NCBI GenBank assembly: GCA_964016885.1
Contig: OZ024748.1
Location: 58,404,001-58,468,000 of the forward strand
DNA length: 64,000 bases
DNA from: Eledone cirrhosa
Lineage: Eukaryota
Direction of reading: 5' to 3'
The position numbers and the translations under genes are program-made. How positions within the stretch are numbered: position 1 is the first letter of the stretch; the number at the start of each line of letters is the position of its first letter. Of the stretch, positions 40,356 to 53,650 are shown piece by piece. The notes beneath the pieces are model-generated. The model ran no database searches. It was not told the origin of the DNA and worked only from the letters and a program-made list of their open reading frames with translations.

Positions 40356-42062
40356 CTAAGATGAAATGTGATGTTATTAAATCATTAGGTTTTGTGTAAT
40401 ATTTGTCGAACTTCAGTGTACCAAATATTAATAGAAATATATATGTAACTCTGCAGTAATTACACAATCGAATTTACAATGTTAGATTATTTAAGTATCA
40501 TTATATGGTATTAAATGTCTATCGTGGATCTGCCTTTCTAGAAATTGCTACTTTTCTTTTGCATCGCCATCGTATTTCATGTCAATGTATACATCGTACG
40601 AATGAACCCGAACTCCAGAATAAACGAATTGCGAAATAACTTGTTAATCACATGCGGGAAGGATTTAAGAAAGAAATTAATGATTCTAGCATAGCAATAA
40701 ATTAAAAGAAATCCCAACTCAAAGTTTTGAAAAACATATTATGTAATAATATTGAAAGGTGTATGTAGGGAACCGAATATAACCATAGCAAATATAAGGA
40801 AGGTTAATAAACGTATTTAATGTACTACATCAAATATAAAGATCAACTAAACCATAATATATCTTACTAAACCCATCCTAATATTATTTCATAATATTCC
40901 ATGAAATAATATCGCATCACAAGCGCTATTAAAAACCGGACACAATGTATCGGCTTGCTTTATTACCTAATAAAATATTGGATATATATTAAAACTTTAT
41001 CCAGAATTATGAGTTCCCTTTCGTAATCACAAAAGTTTGATAGTCTGAGTATTATAATAGTAGACGAATAAAAATGTGTACGTTGTCATATTCACACGTA
41101 AAATAATTATGTTATATATTTAGTCCGTGGCACTTTGAAAGGTAGCAATAATTGAACAATGTGGTTTGTTAATAAATCCAAAGCTATTCGGTTCCAACTT
41201 TATTTAGAGTTTCCGAATGTTATGTTGTAGTTAAAGGAAGGTGGCGGTGCGTGGCGTTGATTTACTCAGTGGTTAGATTGTTAGTTTCCCGATCGCAAGT
41301 TCTATTATACAAGTGCACTGTGCCTGGTCTTCTTGAACAATACAATAATATCCATATTACTCCATTCAACTCCGTTGGATAAAACTATTATTTGTATCTG
41401 TGATTTAAAGATCCACCCTATTCATATATTGTGTCAGCTGGTTCCCCGTTAAAATTCCGTTAGGAATGCTCCTGTCTATGACATGCCGATTTACAAAGAA
41501 CAGTTGTCGTCGTAGACTATGGAAATCCAATATGCCTGTAGAGTTTTATAATCCAGAATATAGTAAGTTTTTTATGTTGGAGTTATATTTTAAACATTTC
41601 CTATAGATTGTGTGTGTATGTGTGTGTGTCTATAAAACGTGTATACTTCGGAGATTTTAAGTTTATCGACCCGTGTTCGTTTGAAATTATTGATTAGTTC
41701 GTAATATAGCAATATAACTAGAGCAGTCCATTAGACTGATAAAGAATTAGCTTAACTCGCTAAAATGTTAGACTGAAAATCAATTAGTGTGACAAAACAA
41801 AGGTCAAAACATTCCAGATTCAGTCAACACAATTGAATTATTGTTTCCTAAATCTAATCATCAGAGATTGATATTTATGACATGATCAAACACATCAAGA
41901 CTTACAAAAACAGTATACTGCACAAGACCAACAGTTTTATCCCAGCAACTTTATTGTCACATCAGTTCTTTTGCCCTACACTCTGCTTGTAAATTGTACT
42001 AATTACATCCATTTAATGACTGTCATTAAACGCAGGTATGCTTTCAAGCAGCTGTAGCTTAC

Positions 42063-42140
42063 CAGAATTTGTTGGATAATCGATACATGCCCTATTAGGA
42101 GTACACCAAATTCCATAATTGTTCTTCTTTTTGCTTTCAT
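42063..42140 (-). pseudogene. EGF-like remnant with donor site
   Basis: ESKKKNNYGIWCTPNRAC..CTG|GTAAGC. Confidence 0.35.
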
Positions 42141-42269
42141 CGAACATGTTAGTGTTTTAGTGTAGGTTGGAATAGACAAAGTTAATATCCAACTTAAGCA
42201 TAATCGAAATTGTGATCCGGTTTCGATATCTGTTTCATGACATTATATATTATCCACGTATTATAATTG

Positions 42270-42657
42270 TAATTGTTTTTCATTTTGGCACAAGGCCAGG
42301 TATTACCCGAGTTCATTACTGGTGCTTTATTTTATTGACCCCGTAAGGATGAAAGGCAAAGTTAACATCGGCGGGACTCAAATCATAAAGGGTCGTAACT
42401 CTATACTGAAAACTATAGCATCCGACCTTCTACCGATGCTGTTAATCCTCCGCACGTATAATTATAAGGGTCGGTGAATTGGCAGAATCGGTGGAGGGTC
42501 GGACGCCTTTTTTTCCAGCATAGTTACGTCCCTTTACGGCCTGAGTTCAAATACCGTTCAGGTTAACTTTGCCTTTCATCCTTACAGGGTCGATAAAATA
42601 AAGTACCAGTAATGTATTGGGTAATTACTGGCTTTGTGCCAAATGTAGAAACAATCA
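42270..42657. mobile_element. Head-to-head pair of full-length SINEs
   Basis: Minus 42270-42452, plus 42472-42657; second copy has TSD ataattataagg. Confidence 0.9.
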
Positions 42658-43538
42658 TAATTATAAGGATTGACGTTTTCGAGGGATTTAGCCGAGATGT
42701 CTGCTATTGATGTCGTTTCACCGTGCACTCTAATGTGTCAAAGACCAAAATACTCACTACTTATTGGTTCAGACCAATTATCTAGGGATATGTAACAATG
42801 GAGATATATTTTCTACTATACGTACTGACAGTTATATCAAATTGAGCAATGATTTGCTGCCCGTCTAATATTGCTGTTGGTGTTGTTTATATTTGATTGG
42901 TCTTTAGCCCAAGGTTAACAACCGCCTATGAGACGAGTCTGCCATCAATGTGTCCAAGTGAGGATAAATCCATGTCTTATCTAGATCTAATACAACAATT
43001 GAGAATACGAGAGTAGTCTGACCAAGATATTCTCATGGAATTAGTAAATGAGAATTATTTTTCAACGTATTACCTGGGAAGATACAATGCAATTATTAAT
43101 AGGAAGAGTTGAAATTAATGCATGCAAGATTTCACAGACCTAGCATCCCACTTTCGGAATCGGCGTATGAATGTTTCAGCCAAACCTTGTAGTAAACGAA
43201 ATATTTAGCTGCTGTACTCAGCAGGTTACTACACTACATAGAATCGTCTCTGATAGCTCATTGGGAATTATTACCGATAGAACGCAAGTGTTTAACGCTT
43301 CGAAAATTTAATCTCGCTGAAAAAGTTTATAGTTGGGATCTGCTTATATAGTTTCTTACTAAGAGATCATGACAACAGAAGTATCATTACCAACCACAGT
43401 GAACTAAGGCTAAATTCTATCATAACATTATTTACAATAGTAATGCAAAATGTTATACAATGTTAAGAGGTTTCATAAATCAACAAGTAGGACATACACA
43501 CTTACACTCCCCCCCCTATATATATGTATATGCATATA

Positions 43539-43580
<42 letters not shown>

Positions 43581-43759
43581 CGTATGTATGTATGTTGATA
43601 TACACGTGTATATATATATAATCTGAGTTAATCCCAAACGATATATACCTGAAAGTAGTTTGATCTCGATGTAATATGGGATGATAATAAATAATTTCTT
43701 ATCAGGAAGTCAACTTTTATCTTTCTGCTAATTTACCAAGGTTCGCAGTTTATATATAA

Positions 43760-44525
43760 ACTCAAAATGGTGTTCCATTCCATTCCAGATTCTAACACTT
43801 AAAGCAAATGTCCGTAAATTTCCATTTCATTTTATGCCATCATGGATTGCCAAAAGCACAGTAAACTATAAATCTATGCTATAGCAATATGTAAAGAAGT
43901 AAGTAAAATGTAGATGGGAGTTGTATCTTAAATTAAAACCATCACTCCATTCAGAGGAGAATACCACAAACATTACATGGCTTATTAGTAAGTATGACCA
44001 TATCTGTTCATGCAAGAATGTGTTAATGAACAACAGATCCATTCACCTAAAAGTACATACATATTATGTATGTAAGTATTAAATGAATTCCAACCAAAAT
44101 TAAATAGAAAACATGAATGGAACAGCAACATCACAACTTACAATTAAGGACACAATGAACACACACATGGAACAAACAACCAACCAGTAACATGTAAATA
44201 AACAAATATAAACACACACAGACACCCGGATGTAACACATGCGCAAACTAAGCACTCAACACATACAAAAACAAAATGGCGTAGGACAGAACAAAGGAGA
44301 GGCACAAAAACAAAGAAAATAATCCCCAGTCACTGAAAAGGTCACAGAATATGTGACGAAAGAACTTTGACAATATATGAACAATCATCTGGTTGTGGAA
44401 CCAACCAACCAACCGGAAATTTATAAATTCCTAAATTTATAAATTTAATTTATAATAAATTGAAGTGAAAGCCATTGGTGCGTGTGTTTCTCATTGACAA
44501 CATGACCCTACCAAAGTATAACAAT
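43760..44525 (+). mobile_element. Decayed Penelope-like 3' region with degenerate HHR
   Basis: WCSIPF..TINLCYSNM parallels [15 protein letters not shown]; gtca-CTGAAAA-g-gtcaca/tgtgac-GAAA..tgac at 44329-44371. Confidence 0.55.
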
Positions 44526-44723
44526 ATATATATATATATATATACTGTGGGGGTCTGAAAATTCATTTCGGTCTACAACAGAAACATAGTGCAGAAAATG
44601 TTGAGAAGTAGGCAAGCCTCATCTTCCAGATTTAATTGCAATTATTCTCAGCTACTCAACAATTTTATTGAATTCCGAAATATTAATATCACTATGAATA
44701 GTTTTCGAGTATATCATCCTATA

Positions 44724-44908
44724 TTAATAACTGTTTCTACTTTTGGCACTAGGCCAGCAATTACACAGTACAATCCTGGTACTTTATTTTATCGACCCCG
44801 TAAGGATGAAAGGCAAAGTTAACCTCGGCGGGATTTGAACTCAGATCGTAAAGGGAAATAACCATGCTGGAAAGCATGTCCGACACTCTACCGATACTGC
44901 CAATCCAC
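44724..44908 (-). mobile_element. SINE, full length
   Basis: Family match. Confidence 0.9.
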
Positions 44909-45270
44909 AATAACCTATAGTAATGTTTCCTATCATGGTGTCAACAGACACCTGGAAATCAACAAATGTAATGTGTGTAGTGGTTTAACTCAGTTATAAA
45001 TTTCAGCTAGTTTACTTTAAATAAAATGAACACTCACTAAAATTATACATGTTTTTTTTTGGGGGGGGGGGGTATGGGAGGGGGGTTCACATCATAATGT
45101 AGTGCCCCAGCATAGCCGCCGTCTAATTGATAGAAACCAGTAAAAGAAAAAGAAATAAGAGTATAATATTGCATATAAATACTCACGATATTGTATTGCA
45201 GTCTAGAACCAGAAATGTCATATAAGAAAAGTATTACATTGTATTGAAAAGATTGCAAACAAGTAATGTA

Positions 45271-45458
45271 TAATAATTGTTTCTACTTTTGGCACAATAC
45301 CAGCAATTATCCCAGTGTATTACTGGTACTTTATTTTATCGACCCTGTAAGGATGAAAGGCAAAGTGAACCTCAGTGGGATTTGAAATCAGACGATAAAA
45401 GGGCGTATCTCTATGCTACAAAGCATGGCGTCCGACCTTCTACTGATACTGCCAATCC
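45271..45458 (-). mobile_element. SINE, full length
   Basis: Family match. Confidence 0.9.
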
Positions 45459-45642
45459 CAATGAATAAAGAATGGACGCCCCAAACACTCAGGATTATAA
45501 TTGTCTAGAAAAATAGTGTTATATTGTAATTGACAAGCAGAAGGTATACACAGCAAAATATTTAAGTAAAATTACTAGCAATATATTTTAAGAGGAAATA
45601 ATGGATTTTCATTTAGCTTCGTGTTTAATTATTGTTATATGT

Positions 45643-45644
<2 letters not shown>

Positions 45645-45738
<94 letters not shown>

Positions 45739-45740
45739 CC

Positions 45741-45778
<38 letters not shown>

Positions 45779-45780
45779 AT
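45645..45780. repeat. (CT)n-(TA)n-(TG)n microsatellite
   Basis: Direct reading. Confidence 0.95.
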
Positions 45781-46077
45781 AATGTTATAGTGTAATAGTT
45801 CACTACTTTCATTGGTAAGATGAGTTAAGCAGAATGCACATCTTTACCTTTCGCAAATAATTATAGTCACAGAGCATTCATAATTCTACCTTTGTCTCAT
45901 TGAACTCTGAATTATATATATATATATATATACATACTCACATACATACATCCATACATACTTATAAAGATAGATAGATAGACAGAAAGAGAGCTACTAA
46001 AACACAATTCAAGATGTACACACGTTTTTCATTGCAACCTTACGTACTTTTAATATATGAAGAAAAGGAACACTCAC

Positions 46078-46209
46078 TCGAATCCAATGCTCGTGAATTT
46101 TCTGTACATATTCTATATCCACAGATGACCTCTGTATAGATGATGTATGGTCTGTAATTGAGACGTTCTCCTTCAGATCATGCTCATATAAAGTAACAGA
46201 TGTATTCAA
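46078..46209 (-). pseudogene. Exon-like remnant, N-terminal half of an F-type lectin-like domain
   Basis: HTSSIQRSSVDIEYVQKIHEHWIR|GTGAGT resembles HT...VDL....I..V.I.R ending at a consensus donor. Confidence 0.4.
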
Positions 46210-46394
46210 TAAAATTAATGAAGGTATCAGGTACCATTAAATCAAATTGAGCCGTTGATTTTCAACATGAAAACTGACGGTCAACAAATCTTTGTGAGGG
46301 ATAATTCTGTGATGTTAAATACAATTCAAACCTCTTTTCGTTCGTTGTTGTTTCGGTGTGAGTGGTAGGATTCAAATCATACACACCATTAGTG

Positions 46395-46540
46395 ATGGAG
46401 CGTGGCCTAGTGGTAAGGGTGTTGGACTTACGATAAGAATGTCGTGTTTACAGTTTCTTGATTTGCTTGTGTGTTATGTTGTTGAGCAGAACATTTCATT
46501 TCACGTTGCTCCAATATACTCACCTGAAGATAAGTACCAG
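46395..46540 (+). mobile_element. Second tRNA-derived SINE family, diverged
   Basis: A-box gtggcctagtggtaag; ttgagcagaacatttcatttcacgttgctcca core. Confidence 0.55.
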
Positions 46541-48659
46541 AAATAACTGGAGTTTTACACCTGCGAGGATTGAGGTCTTGTCTAGCGAGGAGAGTTGCAC
46601 ACTCAGACTCTTCCCGTCTCAGAACCGGGAAGAGAACCTACCTGGTGAGCCACCGACCTCGAGAGATTTTAGACTAAAGAACAATTAATCTAGTATCTGC
46701 AAAACAATAACAGTATTTCCGAAACTTTTCATTTAGATTATAAGGATTAATTTATATGTATCCCCTAAACCAGTATTTAAGTGTTATGTTACCGCTGCTC
46801 CTTTGTTGCCGAGGAAAGAAAAAACATGAAAGAACAAAAAAGAATACGTCTAATAAATATAATAACTCGATTGGAAATTATCATTTTAACCCTGTGCAGC
46901 TGACCACGACTGATATTAACAGCCTCTTGACTTTGAACTTTATTTTTAACCTCACAGTTAAAATAGCCCTGACAACCATACAGACACCTGGGGATTAAAT
47001 GGCTCTTGAAAAGAATTTGCATTGCCATAATTAGGGGCAACATTGCCACTATAGTATACTGCACAGCCGCTGGTTTACAATAATGATGTTCTCTTTATAG
47101 ATTATAAAACCTTTTAGCATCAAAAGCAAATCACAAACAGGAAAAAAATCGGAAGACGAAAGGTAAAAAGAAAGAAATAAAGCTAAAAATGAAGATAAAA
47201 TATAAGATTATGAAAGCAGAATTACATTCTACTCACGAACCGGATTTATAACGCCTTCCTCTGATGATTTCGGGGCATCAGTCATAACGGAAGCTAATAT
47301 AAAAGGAACACAAACCATAACAAAGAAACTTATTTCCTTCATACGATACAAGTTATATCCAATAGAAACTCGTTTGATATTTTGATTTTGTAGTTATTAT
47401 ATATGTGTGGAGATATAACATTGTGTTTAAGATGTTTGATTCAAAATCACAAAGTTTTCTATTCGAGGCTAGGACTCAGCATCTTCGACAAACGTCTTAT
47501 AACATAAGAGAATAAATCGGTCATAAAATGATTGGCCGCGCCGCAGCCCCGGCGAACAGAATAGATATTTAAGTATAACGATGATACAATGCGGCTTGGG
47601 GAAATTTGTATAATGTCTAATTCCATCATATTTTCATAAGCAACTATCATTCTTTTGATTTGATTACGGAGAATTCATCTATTGATTCTGGTAGGTATTG
47701 AATAGCAACGCTGTTGCTAGCGCGTATTTCTAACAGTTATATCTCTGGTGAGTACAGAATTAGTGTCGTAACATCACGCTAATACATTATATATATATAT
47801 ATACATATATATATAAAGAATAAAATTAAATTTCATTTCTCACTCCTAGTACGGCTGAAACTTAAATGTAAGTGTGTATACGTACATACATATATGTATA
47901 TAGACGTACAGTAGTATGTATATATATATACATACATGCACACATATATATGTACGTATGGGTTTATCGAACTTTTATAATAATGTTCGGTTTGTTTGTA
48001 AACAAACAGCTCGAATTAAGCCGTACAGTGTTCGGCAACCATCGTCGTCCTTTTGTCAACACTGACACAGGAACGATGAACTAGTTTCAAGCTTATTAGC
48101 TATCGTCAGCATCGTATACCTTCCTGTCAGATGATTGAACGTTTGAAAGTATATACTTTCCTATGCATATTAACGGCTCAGCAGCCTAATTTGCATATCG
48201 AGTGAGATAGTACGGCTCCTTATATTTGATTTTTTAGAGCTAAATAATCGTCCCGTAAACCAAGCTGCTATTTTTGCGAGGCACGCTGGGCTCTGAATGC
48301 CACGTTTGTCATTCTAAATGCACGTTTCATTTAGTCTTCTAAGATACCTACAATTGAAGATTTTACTAATACCTTACATCCACTGAAGAGTTTACTAATA
48401 CCTTACATCAATTCATACAAAACAGTTTACCATAGACTGTCTGGCTGTTTTTCGATAGTTATCACAATTTTTTTTTTTTTTCAGAATTGTTTCTTTCAAT
48501 TGAGTCTGGCAGACCGGTTTGTTTATAGATAGTATACTGTTCAACCGAGCAAATGTTGGTCCCTTGTAATCTAAATATAGCTGTGTTTTCTCTCTTTATA
48601 TTGAATTATATATATAATGTATTAGCGTGAAACTTGAATAACATTGGTGGTGGTCTTAT

Positions 48660-48774
48660 CACGATAAAAGACCCATACACGTACAGATATTGACCATCCC
48701 ATTTCCATAAAACTTGTTACAATGTGCGATTAAAAAAGCATTCGTTATTATTGATACCACAGGCTCTGCGCTCT
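48660..48774 (-). pseudogene. Possible Cys-rich decayed exon
   Basis: Strong acceptor tttctgtttcag; HCNKFYGNG..ICTCMG. Confidence 0.25.
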
Positions 48775-49045
48775 CTGAAACAGAAACGTGGGTGCGCATG
48801 AAACACTTTCCAGCGTGACCGACGTTTTTCAGGAAATACACATGCAACTCTAATATAATTTATAGATAGAAGTCTTATTCCTAGTACAAATAATTTGCAC
48901 CAAGTTGAAGAAGTGCACCATTCATACGATAGATTATTGGGTTCAGATCTATCACGTCACTGTAAATTCAATATTGAGGAGATACTTTAGGACAGAATGA
49001 ACTTCATGCTAACAAAGAAGATCTTTTTTTACATCAATACAAAAC

Positions 49046-49103
<58 letters not shown>

Positions 49104-49419
49104 GTTTGTGTGTTTGTATGTGTAAGTATATAACCGTATTTATTTGACAGCCATATATATGTCTGTATGTGTTTGTGATTATGTCTACATGCATGTGTGT
49201 GTGTGTGTGTGGGGGGGGGGGGGTATCTGTACTGGTATGGGGTTTTAATATGACACATCTGATAATATCCATTGAAGTTGAAAATAGTACCAGAATGTAT
49301 CGCTGTGAAATAGTTGCAACGTGCTCCGAAGTAAATGTTCTACACTAGCTAAACAATGGCTATTCAAGAGCTAATTATTTTAAGTACACTATACACACAA
49401 CCTTATACACCTATGTAGC

Positions 49420-49459
<40 letters not shown>

Positions 49460-49460
49460 T

Positions 49461-49492
<32 letters not shown>

Positions 49493-49554
49493 TATATATA
49501 TATATTATATATACACATATATACAGATATATATATATGTATATATATATATAT

Positions 49555-49586
<32 letters not shown>

Positions 49587-49912
49587 ATATTATATATACA
49601 CATATATACAGATATATATATATGTTATATATACACATATATATTTATTTATACTTACGACAACAGATGCATAAACGCCTATTTATATATATATACATAT
49701 ACGCACAAATGTATGTAAAACATACAGACACACATGCATACACAAACACACTTTCACGCACGTACACATTTGTATATGCGTGTGTATATATAAATATATA
49801 TATATATATGTATATAAGTACATATATATGTATATATATATATGTGTATATATATATAGTGTGTGTGTGTCTGTCCAATATATATATAAAATATATGTAT
49901 GTGTGTGTATAA

Positions 49913-49978
<66 letters not shown>

Positions 49979-50016
49979 TGCGTGTGTATAATACATATAT
50001 ATTTTTTGTGTTTGTG

Positions 50017-50058
<42 letters not shown>

Positions 50059-50081
50059 CACAAACACAAAAAATATATATG

Positions 50082-50114
<33 letters not shown>

Positions 50115-50119
<5 letters not shown>

Positions 50120-50570
50120 ATATTAAATAAATGGAAACTATATTTATAAAACCATATTTATTCTATTATATATATTTCAAGGGTACCAAAAAAACTTTGG
50201 TACCCTTTCATCAGATGAAATACAAAAGGTGTATCATAAATGTTGACATAGCCAAGGAAATCATATCTTATCAGTTGGATTTTCTTGGGTAGTCTACCCA
50301 TTACCCAAGAAAATTCAACTGATAAGATATGCTTTCCTTCATTATGTCAAAATTTATAAAACATTCTTCGTATTTTATCTGATAAAAGCGTACCAAATTT
50401 CTTTGGTACCCTTGAAATATATATAATAGAATAAATATGGTTTTATAAATATAGTTTCCATTTATTTAATATCATTGAATATTTACTCCAGAACCCTTTC
50501 GAGTGCTCTGAATCAGTTATAAACATTTATATTTGTTGCATTTACAACAAATTAAGTATCGCTTCTACTT
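50115..50570. mobile_element. HHR head-to-head inverted-repeat cassette with tail (same family as 21.6 kb)
   Basis: Arms 50115-50291 / 50302-50477; tail tactc..gagtgct. Confidence 0.9.
50159..50222 (-). ncRNA. Type I hammerhead ribozyme, core intact
   Basis: tatttcat-CTGATGA-aagggtaccaaa/tttggtaccctt-GAAA-tatata-TA-atagaata. Confidence 0.8.
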
Positions 50571-50869
50571 ATATATATATATATTTCTGTGTGTGGTATT
50601 ATATTTGGAATATTTCAAAATTGGAATGCTAAGAAAAGGTGACAGAGTGCAAGTTCCCCTATTGGTCTGTTATATTGAACTTTATTTCATATAGCTTTTT
50701 CCTCACACAATTATTCTAAAAAGAAATCAATTCATAATTTCTTTTGAACGATTGTGAAATGATAACTTCATTTCCATACAAATCGATATCATTTCAAAAT
50801 AGATTTCTAACCATTCTGCTGGTTACGATTTGGACGATAATGAAAATACCTTTAACATAGATCATCATC

Positions 50870-51320
50870 AACATGATGATAATAGTGATGGTGGTGATGA
50901 TGATGTGTGGTGGTGGTGGTGGTGGTGGTGATTGTTGTGTTGTTGGTGGTGGTGATGGTGCTGATGGAATTGGTGTTTATTATGATGATTAGTGTTGTCG
51001 TCGTCGTCGATATTGTCGTTGTTGTTGTTGGTGGTGATGGTTTTGGTGTTGTTGGTGTGTTTGGTGGTAGTGGTGGTGATGGAAGTGGTGGTGATGATGA
51101 TGATGGGCGCTGCTGGCGGCAGTGGCGGGGATAGAAGTAGTGGTGGTGGTGATGGTGGTGGTAGGGATGGAGAAGTGGTCTTGGGTGGTTTGGTTAGCTG
51201 TGATGAATCTTCCGTGAGTGTCTGTGCCCCACACGTCATATATCACATACACTTAAGAATAGTCTACAGACACGCTGGTGGTGGCGGTGGTGGTGGTAAT
51301 GGTGTTGGTGGTTGTGGCCG
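50870..51320. repeat. (GGT)/(GAT)/(GTT) trinucleotide tract
   Basis: Direct reading. Confidence 0.9.
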
Positions 51321-51787
51321 CAGCGACAATAAGGATGAGGAGACAACGTTGGAGTCGGGGGCTGTGACGAATCTTCCATGAGTTTCTGTGTCCGGCAGCA
51401 CGTGATATTACATGGACATTTCTGAGTTTTCTACCCACGATTGTCAAGGTGTCACACAGAGATAAATTATGTTTTAAGAAGACATATTTAAATTACCTGT
51501 ATAATTTACGTAATGGGTTTCCATACAGTTTGATCTCTAGCAAACTCGTCAACTTCAGTCAAATATTCTGAGTCGATCAATAGCTCAGTTATACATGTGA
51601 CTATCAAATAAACTAAATGGTTTGCTAAATGCACTGAAATAATTAGTTTCTCACATCTGGGTTCTGGATATATCCAAACATTTTGCATTAAACCTATATT
51701 AATCAAGCTAATTAAAAATATACATATGTCGATGAGAGAAGGGTGAGAATGGAAATAAAGTTAAACAGATAGATTGTTAAATATATA

Positions 51788-51851
<64 letters not shown>

Positions 51852-52304
51852 TGGGGGAGGGGGAGAGTCACATATGTCATAATTATTAAAATAATCTTCA
51901 ATTATGTGTCACACTATAAATTATATTCAGTGAAATATTGATTTCTCATATAAACATATGTCCATTGAAGAGGAATATTCTAGAACATACTTGTCAAATT
52001 TATGATATCAAATACGAACGAAAGAAATGCAGGGACGGTAACAAAAGATTCTAAACTTTGATTATATACGGAAGAATGTATATTGATTTCTACATAGGTA
52101 CAAGGCTATACACATTTGGTAAGGTATACCTTGATGTTATCTATCTCTGTAATTGAATGTAATTATTGGATCAATTGTTGACGTTTTAAGTAAGGCATCG
52201 AAGTTGATGTGAATTAGAATCAGGATATGTAATGTATTTAGTATGTAACGGAATATATTTAATTGACAGTCTTACAGTAGGATATTGTTGAGATATCTAA
52301 CAAG

Positions 52305-52354
<50 letters not shown>

Positions 52355-52357
<3 letters not shown>

Positions 52358-52490
52358 GGAACCAGTAAGACCCCGACGGCTGAGCTCAGCCGTCGGGGTC
52401 TTACTGGTTCCTATTACCCACTCTACTACCCTAAGTATTGAGTACTTTGGTGCGTTATGGTCTACCTGGTTCCTTACCACATTTCCTTCG

Positions 52491-52492
<2 letters not shown>
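52355..52492 (+). mobile_element. Perfect 60-bp palindrome plus pLTR-type tail
   Basis: 52355-52414 is self-complementary with no spacer; then cactc..gagtac tail; (TA)n on both sides. Confidence 0.85.
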
Positions 52493-52520
<28 letters not shown>

Positions 52521-52525
<5 letters not shown>

Positions 52526-52973
52526 GATTGGTGCTCTGAAATAGCGATGTATACATGAATGTATGTATAATATATTTGGCTATATACCGTATGTTTAATC
52601 AATAACATTTTCATGAGCATACGTTATCGGTTTTAAAGTAGTGGCTATGTCACTTACTTCTTGTCGGTGAAAGAAGGGGGAGAAGCTAAGAGTATGTTTC
52701 ACGCTGTTGGCGATCATCAGAGCCACGCACTCCTCGCTTTCACCGAAAACTATATTAGCTTCTTTCCCTTCTATAATTTTCGGGGACAGCGGGGAGTGCG
52801 TGGCTCTGATGATCGCCAACAGCGTGAAACAGAGTGTTAGCTTCTCTCTCTTCTCTCGCCGAAAAGAAATAATAGACATAGCCATTACTTTAAAACCGAT
52901 AGCGTATGGTCTTCAAAATGTGTTTAGTTAAACATACGGTATATTGCCAAATATAATATACATATATACATTC

Positions 52974-52975
<2 letters not shown>
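52521..52975. mobile_element. HHR inverted-repeat cassette with cores on both strands
   Basis: Arms 52555-52754 / 52772-52975; ggct-CTGATGA-tcgc..gcgt-GAAA..TT-agct at 52684-52724 (-) and 52802-52842 (+). Confidence 0.85.
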
Positions 52976-53052
<77 letters not shown>

Positions 53053-53413
53053 TAAACACACACATATATATATACACATATGTATACACATATACATAAA
53101 AATATATAAATATATACATATATATATACATATATGTATATATATAAACACACACATATATATATATATATACATATATATACATATATATATACATATA
53201 TACACACATATATATATACATATATACACATATATATATAGATATACATATATACACACATATATATGTATATATATACATATAAAAACACACACATATA
53301 TATATATAAATGAAAGGTATAGAAAACATTGTAGCAAAAAGCCAACAGTATTCGATAATATATAAGTGACTATAGCGTCAAAATATATATATATATATAT
53401 ATAAACATATATT

Positions 53414-53477
<64 letters not shown>

Positions 53478-53650
53478 TATACACACATATATACACATAT
53501 ATATCTATATACATATATACACACATATATACATATAAATATATATAAATATATACACATATATATACATATATATATATATATAAATATATACACATAT
53601 ATATACATATATATATATATAAATATAAACACACATATACATATATATAT

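Noticed and set aside
46125-46223. Plus-strand 99-bp open exon candidate (DLCIDDVWSVIETF...)
   Set aside because: No recognisable domain or partner exons; the overlapping minus-strand reading fits the regional pattern better, though it is not excluded
47520-48310. CCAAT, octamer ATTTGCAT and CpG-richer patch as a promoter
   Set aside because: Short motifs with no linked gene or snRNA body
48355-48410. Two ~28-bp tandem repeats as CRISPR-like
   Set aside because: Only two units, no spacers, eukaryotic context
50868-51447. His/Pro/Val-rich ORFs and a ~55-bp direct repeat
   Set aside because: Trinucleotide low-complexity sequence; no splice or domain support
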